From contig NC_057718.1 of assembly GCF_004010195.1 (NCBI RefSeq), positions 49,850,791-49,914,790 of the forward strand: DNA of 64,000 nt, in the 5' to 3' direction. How positions within the stretch are numbered: the stretch's first letter is position 1; each line of letters opens with the position of its first letter. This DNA comes from Chiloscyllium plagiosum. Lineage: Eukaryota. Under the pieces are notes generated by a model. It saw only the letters and a program-made list of their open reading frames with translations, did no database searches and was not told the origin of the DNA. Below are positions 36,701 through 47,572 of this stretch, in pieces. A program made the translations under genes and the position numbers.

Positions 36701-36982
36701 TATGGCAGTCCTAGTCTATGTTTGAAAAGTTAAAATCCCCAACCATAGCAACCTTATTATTCTTACAGATAACTGAGATCTCCTTATAAATTTGTTTCTA
36801 AGTTTCCTGTTGACTATTAGGAGGTCTATAATACAATTCCATATGGCAGTCCCAGTCTATGTTTGAAAAGTTAAAATCCCCAACCATAGCTACCTTATTA
36901 TTCTTACAGATAACTGAGATCTCCTTATAAATTTGTTTCTAAGTTTCCTGTTGACTATTAGGAGGTCTATAATACAATTCCA
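36701..36982. repeat. 141-bp tandem duplication inside the CR1 endonuclease region
   Basis: 36701-36841 is nearly identical to 36842-36982. Confidence 0.95.
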
Positions 36983-38164
36983 ATAAGGTTATCATCCCTT
37001 TCTTACTTCTCATTTCCACCCAAATAACTTCCCTGGATGTATTTCTGGGAATACCCTCCTTCAGCACAGCTGTAATGCTATCCCTTATCAAAAACACCAC
37101 TCCCCCTCCTCTCTTGCCTCCCTTTCTGTCCTTCCTGTAGCATTTGTATCCTGGAACATAAAGCTGCCAGTGCTGTCCGTCTCTGAGTGATGTTTCTGTA
37201 ATTGCTGTGATATCTCAATCCCATGTTCCGAACCATGCCCTGAGTTCATCTGCATTCCCTGTTAGGCCTCTTGCTTTGAAATAAATGCAGTTTAATTTAT
37301 CAGTCTTACCTTGTTCTCTGATTTGTCCCTGCCTGCCCTGACTGTTTGATAAGCTTCTTTTCTCAACTGTATCTGTCTCAAATTGACCTCTTTCCTCACT
37401 ATCTCACTGGGTTCCCCCCCCCCAACCTTACTTGTTTAAATCCTTCTGAGTAGCTCTAGCAAATCTCCCTGCCAGTATATTAGACTCCTTTCAATTCAGG
37501 TGCAATCAGTCCCTCTTGTACAGGTCACTTCTACCCCAGAAAAGATTCCAATGATGTAAAAATGTGAATCATTTTCCCATACACCAACTCCTCAGCCATA
37601 CATCCATCTGTTCTGTCCTCCTATTCCTACCCTCACTAGCTCATAACACCGGCAGTAATCCAAATATTACTACTCTCGAGGACCTCCTTTTTAAATTTCT
37701 GCCTAATGCTATATATTCTCCCTACAGAATCTCATCCTTTTTCCTTCCTATGTCATTGGTTCCAATATGTACAATGACCTCCTACTGGGCCCTCTCCCCC
37801 TTGAGAACATTCGGCACCCTCTCTGAGACATCCATGATCCTGGCACTAGGGAAGCAACACGCCATTCTGATTTTTCACTGTTACCCACAGAAATGTCTGT
37901 CTGTACCTCGGACTGGAAAGTCCCCTAACATAATTGATTGATTGGAACCCAATGCATTAGAGCCAGTCTGAATACCAGAAACTTGGCTGTTCATGCTACA
38001 TTCTTTTGAGAATTCATAACCCCCTACATTTTCCAAAACAGCATACTTGTTTGAAATGGGGATAGCTGCAGAAGACCCCTATACTATCTGCCTACCTCTC
38101 TTACTTTTCCTGGAGTTAACCCACCTACGTGACTGTATCTGTGACTTTTCTCCCTTCCTATAAC

Positions 38165-39022
38165 TGCCATCCATCACACCCCCTTTTTGTTGTAAATTCC
38201 TCATTGCCTCTAACTGTCGCTCCAACTGATCCATTTGATCTGATAGGATTCGCAACCAACGGCATTTATTGCAGATATAATCCTCAGTAACATGTAAACT
38301 CTCCCTAAACTCCCACATCAGACAAGAAAAGCATATCGCTCTACTAAGGGCCATTTTTGCTTCTTTCAATCTGCAGGTCCAGAAAATAGCACTATCTTAT
38401 TCCTCTTAACAATTCTCCAGGCTAACTTAATACTTATGGCTTACATTTTTAAGTTTAATCAAGAGACATATCTCAATAAAACATATAATCAAGAAATAAT
38501 CCAGTCTACTCACTACTGCAGACTTACTGTAAGGCCATACTTAAAACTAATCACTTATCAGTTTCTGTGCTGTGACCTCTCCCAAACAGGTTTTGCCATC
38601 CATCACACCCCCTTGCTGTCGTAAATTCCTCATTGCCTCTAACTGTCGCTCCAACTGATCCATTTGATCTGATAGGATTCGCAACCAACAGCATTTATTG
38701 CAGATATAATCCTCAGTAACATGTAAACTCTCCCTAAACTCCCACATCAGGCAAGAAAAGTATATCACTCTACTAAGGGCCATTTTTGCTTCTTTCAATC
38801 TGCAGGTCCAGAAAATAGCACTATCTTATTCCTTTTAACAATTCTCCAGGCTAACTTAATACTTATGGCTTACATTTTTAAGTTTAATCAAGAGACATAT
38901 CTCAATAAAACATATAAACAAGAAATAATCCAGTTTACTCACTACTGCAGACTTACTGTAAGGCCATACTTAAAACTAATCACTTATCAGTTTCTGTGCT
39001 GTGACCTCTCCCAAACAGGTTT
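38165..39022. repeat. 429-bp tandem duplication of the CR1 5' UTR and ORF1 start
   Basis: 38165-38593 is nearly identical to 38594-39022; ORFs 38079..38369 and 38547..38798 are duplicates. Confidence 0.95.
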
Positions 39023-40570
39023 CTCCAAGATCAGTTGTGAATTTTACTGTTTGTTAATTTTCCCAGACGCACTCCAATGTCCATCGATACATGAATTCAA
39101 ACAGCAAAGGCAGTATCTGCACAGGTTGACTTAAATGAGTGACTCTTAAGACTGTGAATGAGCAACCCTGAGATACAGGTCGGCATTACAATTAATGAGT
39201 GTTAAGACTGTGAGTAAGCAGCCCTGGAATGCACAGTCCATTCTTTCAGTTGGGTCACTGTCTGCAAAGAGTCCTTGCTGTAGCCTTTCAATGTTAGTTG
39301 CCTATGTGCCCTGCAATGCAAATCTGTGCAGTCAGAATGCCCTGCCAATGTTTTGTAGAGGTGCCATAATGGTTTGGAAGTCCTGCCAAAGCTGTACGCC
39401 AGTATCCAAAGATGTGACTGGTCCCTGTATGTTGTACCTTGAGGTGTTATTTGGTCCTAAGTAACAGGGAGGTCCTTCAGCGCTGAATTTGCCAGGTACC
39501 CACTCTGTTTTCCATGTTGAATTTTCTTTATGTCTAACTTGTTTGATACATCAAATAAGATAGAAAGATGAATATTAATGAGGAAGTGAGTTAGGCCGCT
39601 AACAAGGCATTTAACAACCAATAATGACCCTTAATTAACAACTGGCCACTGTCTAGTGACAAACTTAATATGCCACTTGACCAAAGCATAAAAGATGGGG
39701 TCAGATTCCCCTGGCGTCAAGAGTGGCCTTACCAGACCTCTCAAGTGTTTCTGTCACAAAGATTGCCACAACCCACATTGCTCAGACCACTGTAAAATTT
39801 CACTCATGATCATCTTCCAAGGGCTTCACATGTCAAATCATTATAACACACACCTGACACATTGGTTGCCTGTTAGACAATCATATTATTTAATATTAGT
39901 GCTTATTAATAATAGCCCATAGCACTGACCTTGTCAACCACTGTCAGTGCTTTTCAGATGTTGCAACGTAACTGCATCCAAATTCCTTATTTCCTCCTAA
40001 TTGCTTTCCTAGATTGTAGTATTGCAGAATTTATCCCTCAGTGTTCCTTCTCTCTGTGTCCTGCTGTGTAGGCATCTTCTATAGTGATTTTCAACATGTC
40101 ATGTTGACCCATAATGTGCTTGGTTTTAAACTTGGGAAATGGTGTAATTCTGTATATTGATAAAACACTTTACTTTTCCATTTCTTAAAGTAGTAAACTA
40201 CAATTACTGTTGTGTTCTCTGTGTTGTTTTCACAAAACATTTATATTAAGGTCAACTACTCCGATTTAATAATTGCAGCATTCCTCTATGTGGGGCAGAG
40301 TTATAAATGAGTTACAGTGAAAAGCTGCCTGCAGTCTATAAATGTGCAATAGAAATTTACAACTTTCAAATAAAATCTCCTTGCAATTTTCCTTGGATTT
40401 TACGCAACTATTATTTTATGCTGAAACTCTAAATTATATTTAAAAAGGCTTTTGATCTAAAATGTTACTCTACTTCTTGATAAAGGATTTGTTTTTCTCT
40501 TTTTCTTCAGCATCTTTTAGTGAATTTTGTTTCTGTAGCTTAATTTCTGCAACCCCACTTCAGCATCAAT

Positions 40571-40851
40571 GGGCGGCACGGTGGCACAGTGGTTAGCACT
40601 GCTGCCTCACAGTGGCAGAGACCTGGGTTCAATTCCTGCCTCAGGTGACTGACTGTGTGGAGTTTGCACATTCTCTGTGTGGGTTTCCTCCCATAGTCCA
40701 AAAATGTACAAGTTAGGTGAATTGGCCATGCTAAATTACCCCTAGTGTTAGGTGAAGGGGTAAATATAGTGGAGTGGGTTTGCTTCGGTGGGTCAGTGTG
40801 AACCTTTTGGGTCGAAGGGCCTGTTTCCACACTATAAGTAATCTAATTCTA
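40571..40851 (+). mobile_element. HE1-type tRNA-derived SINE
   Basis: A box tggcacagtggttag, B box gggttcaattcc, core tgtgtggagtttgcacattctc, CR1-like tail gggcctgtttccacact..taatcta. Confidence 0.9.
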
Positions 40852-41534
40852 GGAAAATAACATATCCTCAAGATAGAATCTGACAAAAGTTTAGATTTAG
40901 GTTTTATTGTCACCCGCACTCCTGATGCTTGAGATTAGCAAAGAAAAAGCCACAAACTTTTCTACCATTAAGCAAATATGCAACAAAAACAAAGAGCTTC
41001 TGTTAATTAGAATAGCACCAGAGTGTTCTCATTTCTGCTGCCTGACCTGATTATGAACATGGCACAGCTGAGCTTAGTTTTTCAATTTAAGAATTTGTCA
41101 TAAATTATGCTTGTAATTTGCTCATAACCAAATTCCCTGATTATATTTCAACTTGTTTCACAAAACACCTGGAGGTGTAATGCCACATTACCCAGCTAGT
41201 AACCCAGATTAATGATCCCCAACAGAAATTAAACATGTTGGTATTCCTCCAGTTATGGTACTGGATCTACAAATCATATACACACAAATTGGGAGATATA
41301 GGGAACAACCATAGAGTAGAGGAAAGTATTCTCTTTTCACTCTGTTTAACGAGATTCTAATCTTAAAAATTGGCTTATTATTTCATTATGTTCAATGGAC
41401 AGAAGAAATCTTCCCAATTTATACATTCTTATATCGTCCTTCTGTTAAGAAAAAAAATCTTCTGATATATCCAAGCCAAAATAATGGAGGTATAATGTAA
41501 CCAGATTCCTTAGTTAAAGCAATCAGCTCCATAC

Positions 41535-42505
41535 AGAGTCATAGTCATAAAACAGTCCAACCAGTCACACAATCATAATCCCAAACTAAACTAGTTCCAC
41601 CTGCCTGTGCTTGGCTCACATCCCTCCAAACATTTCCTATTTGTGTACTTATCTAAATGTTTTTTAATGGTTGTAACTGTACCAGGCATCCACCACTTCC
41701 TTTGGAATTCAATCCACACACGAGCCACACTCTGTGTAAAAAAATTGCCCCCATCTCTTTTTAAAATCTTTCTCCTCTCACCTTAAAATTATGCCCCTGG
41801 TATTGAAATCTCTCACCCTGGGGAAAAATGGATAGACCATTTACCTTATCTGTACGCCTCATATTTTTTTATAAACTTCTGTAAGTTCACCCCTTAACTT
41901 CTCTCCAGTGAGAAAAGCCCCAGCCTATCCAACCTCTCCTTATAACTCAAAGCCTCCATTCCCAGCAACATCCTGGTAAACCTTTTCTGAATCCTTTCCA
42001 GCTTAATATCCTCCCTATAACAGGACCACTAGAACTGGGTACGAGTACTACAGAGGAGGCCAAATTCTTGTACCGCCTCAACATAATATCCCACCTCCTA
42101 TATTCAAAGATCTGAGCAACAAAGGCAAATGTGCTAATCACCTTCTTAATCACTTTGTCTACCTGTGACACAAACTTCAAAGAATTATATACCCGAACCC
42201 TTAGGTCTCTCTGTTCTACAACATTACCCAAGGCCCTTGTTTTAATTGTATAAGTCCCGTCCTTGTTTGTTTTACATAAATGCAATTCTTTGCATTTATC
42301 TAAATTGAACTCTATCTGCCACTACTCAGCCCATCGACCCAATTGACCAAGATAGCTTTACAATGTTGGATAAGCTTCTTCACTCTCCATTGTACCACCA
42401 ATTTTGGTGTCATCCGCGAATGTACTAGCCATGTCTTCTGTATTCCCATCGAAATCGTTTATATAAATGGCAAACAAAAATTGATCCAGTACCAATCCCT
42501 GTGGA
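41535..42505 (-). mobile_element. CR1 LINE 3' portion
   Basis: ORF 41947..42285 VEQRDLRVRVYNSLKFVSQVDKVIKK; FADDTKIG near 42400-42420; CR1 tail at 41535. Confidence 0.9.
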
Positions 42506-43368
42506 TAGATATAAATATATATAAATAAAGATATAAATTTAATATTTAATATGATAAATTTAAATTTCTGTGTGATTCAATGTGATGAGGTACTCACTGC
42601 TAAAAGGTGTTGTGTGAAACAAGCAACTTTCAGCTCATACATGTTTAAACCTGAGAATCTAGAAGTTGTTATGAGAGAAACTATGTCCCTCTCCAGGCTC
42701 TGATTAACAATCTTCACATTGGATTCTATGCTGAAATTAATGCAATGACATGAAGCTGGGTTCTTGCCTTTTTGTTATCCATTAAAGTTGCTAGAATATT
42801 CTTGGTTTGGTGGAGTGAGTAATGTTAACAAGAAATAACTGTTGTCAAAAAAGCCTTTGGCCCTGGAAAACTACATTGATTACTTTTAAGATTCCTTAGT
42901 TATTCTTGAAAATTTTGCTCAGAACATTGAAAATTGTAAACACATATTTTAAAAAATTGTTACTTTTCCTGTGTTGTTTGTTGATCTCTCTTAATTCCCT
43001 GTGTCTTTTCCAACCTTAGTTTTGCCTTCTGTATAGTAGTTCAAGTGTAGTCTATGCAGGTGCAAATTTAATCTTGGTTGGGTCACTACTGATGCATCCC
43101 AGCATCGTTTAGGTGGGGTGTACTGTGCCATCATCTGCTTTCAATATGGCTTCTTGTCAAGATACCTGTACATGTAATATTCCAGAAGCTTGTGATGGAG
43201 AAGCTCTCCTGACCTGGCACACCATTCACCGTGTAATGCTAAGTAGCCTAACTTGTACGATCAGACCCAGGCCATGAATTTTTGTGTCACACGACAGTCT
43301 GTGAGATGGACTTTGGATGAGCATTTCTTCAAAGGCCAGGCAGCCAAATTACCAATAATTTATGATTT

Positions 43369-43657
43369 TTAGATTACTTACAGTGTGGAAACAGGCCCTT
43401 CGGCCCAACAAGTCCACACCGACCTGCCGAAGTATAACCCACCCAGACCCATTCCCCTACACCTAACGCTACGGGCAATTTAGCATAGCCAATTATTTTT
43501 TGGATTGTGGGAGGAAACCGGAGCACCCGGAGGAAACCCATGCAGACACAGGGAGAATGTGCAAACTCCACACAGACAGTCGTATGAGGCGGGAATTGAA
43601 CCTGGGTCTCTGGCACTGTGAGGCAGCAGTGCTAACCACTGTGCCACCGTGCCACCC
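43369..43657 (-). mobile_element. HE1-type SINE
   Basis: Reverse complement of the SINE at 40571. Confidence 0.9.
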
Positions 43658-43947
43658 ATTATCTCTGAAGAACTTCTGTTATGGAAAACAGCAAAGTACT
43701 GCAGATGTTGGAATGACTCGGATGAAGAGTCATCTAGACTTGAAAAGTTGGTTAGCTTTCTGTGCTATGGAAAAGTGTCTGTCAATACTCTAAAGCATTC
43801 CTCAAGATTTTGTGATGAGTTCCTGGTCGAACTGAAGGAATTGGAGCAGGAGTGCAGCAGTTCGGCTCGGGTCTGCTCCCAATTCAGCCTGATTGTGGCT
43901 GAACCTCTGCCTTGTTGTCCAATGCCTTAAACTGTTTCTCTTTGCAG

Positions 43948-44009
43948 GCTCCTTGTGACTTCCACGCAGTCTGCACTCCCACCAGGCTTTATATCATCAA
44001 CAACTCTCG
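43948..44009 (+). CDS. Candidate host-gene exon ((W)LLVTSTQSALPPGFISSTTL)
   Basis: Acceptor ctgtttctctttgcag|G, weak donor G|gtataa; phase-compatible with candidate exon 13768-13818. Confidence 0.25.
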
Positions 44010-45023
44010 GTATAAATCTTGGTTTCTTCATTGAAGTGATGTAGCTTTGACCCTAGAACTGATCCAGAAGGTGTTGCTGGTTGCTCACAGGGAGGGTAGA
44101 CCTGGTTAGGTGACCGATTTGCATAAAGGTAGGAGGGCAGCAGTGGCAAGATCTGCATGGCAGGGAGGTGGAGCTCAGGCGACAGGAAGGGGAATCATTT
44201 CCTCTGCCAAGTTAGATCCATACACCTCTATGTTTCTTGACAGTGAATGGATGCTGTCCGACAGGCCATTCAATGAACCTTGCTTCTCAGCATCTATTCC
44301 CCTTTCGTTCTAGCTTGGAACCCACTGTGCTACAGATTTTAAACATCCTGCAGGTTACACTAAACGAAATATGTTCATTTCAGAGACATTAATCCAGGTG
44401 GTTAAAATCACTACCTTCGTTACATTACTCATTCTGTTGTAATTACTGTGTTGCTGCTGCTTTTGTATTCTTGAATTATCTGTTCAAAGCCCTTAGTGCT
44501 AATTTATTTTGGCCACCTGGTTTGCTATTCACAGTTGCTTAGTTCTTCTGTGAAGCCTTCTTCTTAACAATGTTGTCACTTACTGAAAACACAGCAACAT
44601 CATTTGTTCTCACCTCTTCACAGAGAAAAAAATATATTCTGATAAATCACATCACCTGAATAATTTAACACAACGATGCTCTGACCAGCTGAGGAGACTG
44701 TAGGAAATTAGCTAGTAGCAGAAAAGCTGAGCAATTTATACTTTACAATTTATACTTATACGTGGAAATGATGGTCCAGATATTGTGATTACCCAAAGGT
44801 TGTTGGATCAGTGAAACTGGAGTTGCATATCAGAATTATGCTGAATCCAGACACTACAGACTTCTTGGGAATTGTCTGGAAAATTGCAACTTTTGATGGA
44901 TGATTAACTGTGTCTAGAGTCCGCTAATAAAAGCCCAAGGAAGTCAGAAACTTTAATAGATATTAAGGAAAAGGTAGACAATTGGAACTATAGTCTAACT
45001 CCGAGGTAACTATTAAACTGATG

Positions 45024-45326
45024 CCTGACTCACCACTGACTCACCTCTGACTCACCCTGACTCACCCCTGACACACTACTGACTCACGCCAACTCACCAC
45101 TGATTCACCCCAACTCACCTCTGACTCACCTCTGACTCACCTCTGATTTACCTCTGACTCACCAATGACTCACCCCAGACACACTATTGACTCACCCCAA
45201 CTCCTCACCCCTGACTCACCACTGACTCACCTCTGACTCACCACTGACTCACTACTGACTCACACCAGACTCACTCCTGACTCACTCCTGACTCACTCCT
45301 GACTCATTCTTGACTCACCACTGACC
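45024..45326. repeat. 11-bp minisatellite, consensus TGACTCACC(A/T/C)C
   Basis: About 27 units, about 19 of them with a perfect TGACTCA (manual count). Confidence 0.95.
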
Positions 45327-45545
45327 ATCCCTCTATCTGAAATACTTGGTCCCTTAACCCCCTGGACACCCAACAACCAATGATCAGATACACCCATTGA
45401 ACAAACCAACCCACTCCTCCTGCCAGATCCAAACATCCCCCCGACTGGCATGGTTCTCCCAGTCCAAGCCTCAGCTCAATCAGAAAAACATGTCAGAGCC
45501 AGACCTGACACCTCTGTGATACCTGACCTATCTTGTCATTCACTG

Positions 45546-45687
45546 AATAAAAATATAAGAACTGCAGATACTGTAAACCAGGGGAAAAAACAAACAGAAA
45601 TTGCTAGAAAAGCTGAGCAGGTCTGGCAGCATCTTTGGAGAGAAATCAGAGTTAACATTTTGGGTCGAGTGACCCTTCCTCAGAACT
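45546..45687 (-). mobile_element. Penelope-like arm of a different subfamily, with a degenerate hammerhead
   Basis: Minus strand CTGAGGA-A-GGGTC(ACTC)GACCC-AAAAT-GTT followed by the arm sequence. Confidence 0.75.
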
Positions 45688-47572
45688 CCCTTCATTCATT
45701 TGTCTGGCTCCTGGTATCATACCCACTTGGCACCCCACCATCCTGATGCCATACTGACGTCACCCACTTGGTATTCTCCCCCCTCATCCACCTGGCATCT
45801 CAAACCACCCTAACTCCACAGTTACTTAGGATTTTAAGTACCTGCCCTTTCAAAAAAAAACTGTCAAAGACACTGGCTGAGTTGCTGGATACTTTTAAAT
45901 CATGGAACATGGAAACTGACTGCTGCAGAAGGGAATGTGAATTCTACAATTTTCTTTGGCTGTTGGAATCATGGATTCCTGGTCAAGTTTGTAACAGAGG
46001 ATCTCTGTCCAGGAATCCCCAGCACCAAAGACACCTAACAGTGAATTGGTCATTTTTAATCTGCTCTGGCCTTAATTAGGAATACCTTTGCTGTTATTTT
46101 TGTGCGCACGTATGAATCACGGATTGCAAATGTATCACATAACATGCCTGCATTCTCTTAAAGTAAATTTCTACCTGATTTCCAGCAGGCAGGAAATTGA
46201 AAGTTTGGCAGAAAAATGATTTTTTGATTATGTTTTCGCCACTCTGAATCACCCAACTCAGCTTAATCAGAAAAAGAACTCCATATTGTGTTGAAATCCA
46301 TTTGTGGCTGAAAATCCAATTTAATAAGGAGTTGATTGGATCATAAATCATGGCAAAAGCCAGAAAATTTTCAGCCTCTGTTTAGAAAGCAATATTTATG
46401 TTTGAGAATGCCACTACATCTGGAGGTACTGATGGAACAGAAAAACCATGTATCTGGATATATCTTAGTGTCTCTGGAGGCTTGTCATTTACCTTAATTC
46501 ACAGTTTGTGCATCAAAGCTGTTGTCAGCAACACTGCTGTAGCAAGGCCATTAAATCCTGACTGGAGTTTGAAAATGGAGCTAAGTTAAACCACAGTCAA
46601 TCTATTGGATCTGTTGTGGAGCTAACATTCAGAGCACTGGATGAAAATGCAAGAATGTGCACGTTGATGGGAACCAGATATCACCCACTGACAACAAATG
46701 TATTCTTTTCTATATGCACTATGTTATGTGATCTACTGATAATGGCAAGTGCTTGGATTAAAGAAAATCAGGATCTAATGGTCTAGATTTGCTGAGGCAG
46801 ACACTTTTCAGTGAGTCATATTAATTCGGCTTGTTTCTGCACCCCGCAGTTAAAAAAAAATGCTGCCCATGAATTTGCAGGAGCTGCAAACATGTAAAAT
46901 CATAAACAAGGCACATGGGACATTGGTAAATGATGAAACAATCTGTGAACCTCTTTAAACAGTGGGATTTGTGAATTGAAAAATAAAACGATTGAGAAGG
47001 AATAAAACGATTGAATTAGAGTGAATGTTTCAATGTTGAATCAGGTAGAGAAGCAAATAGGAACAGAGGGAAGAGATTGGGAGAGAAAAAGCGATTGTAA
47101 AAGTAAAAATTAGTAACATGTTAAAATTTGAAACTGTAAAAATCTCTAACAGCTTATTGTTTGGATAAATGTAACATCTCACTTTTAAGTGTTTGTCCAT
47201 GGATTAAGAGAATCTCAATGACAGTCAGTACTTTCATTATATAATTAAACAAATTTTTCCCTTTCGATTAATTATTATACATTTCAATAATACACTGAAG
47301 GGGCTACTAACTTCAGAAACTTCATGAAAATTAAGGAGAAGTTAACAGTAAAATATCATTTTTTGGCAATCTAAAGGTGGAAGGGTACGTGTAATAATTC
47401 ATGGGGTAACTTTCCATCTTGCCTTATGATGTGGGTCAGATTGTATTAATTAGGCCAGGTTTCTTTCAAATTCTGCTTCTTTTGGTCTCAGCAAATTGTG
47501 AACAAATGTATGCAGTGGAAAATGAGGGGAGGAAGCTTTCTCACTTGATTTCAAGTGATGCAGAGCCTAGAA

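Larger units (their letters stand above)
34359..39120 (-). mobile_element. Near-full-length, mutated CR1 LINE (ORF1 zinc finger/coiled-coil/esterase; ORF2 endonuclease and RT)
   Basis: ORF1 CFSCLMWE..YICNKC and VHIGTNDIG esterase motif; ORF2 PTREGAKLDL..SDHNSI, KSPGPDQ, PQESVLGPLLF..YVND, KFVDDTK; 3' tail at ~34360; possible TSD acaggt (34353-34358 and 39121-39126). Reading frames are broken. Confidence 0.95.

Noticed and set aside
40571..40645. tRNA genes
   Set aside because: The A/B boxes belong to SINE heads and continue into SINE core and tail; no complete cloverleaf.
45024..45326. CRISPR-like array
   Set aside because: Eukaryotic context, 11-bp units without unique spacers, no cas genes.
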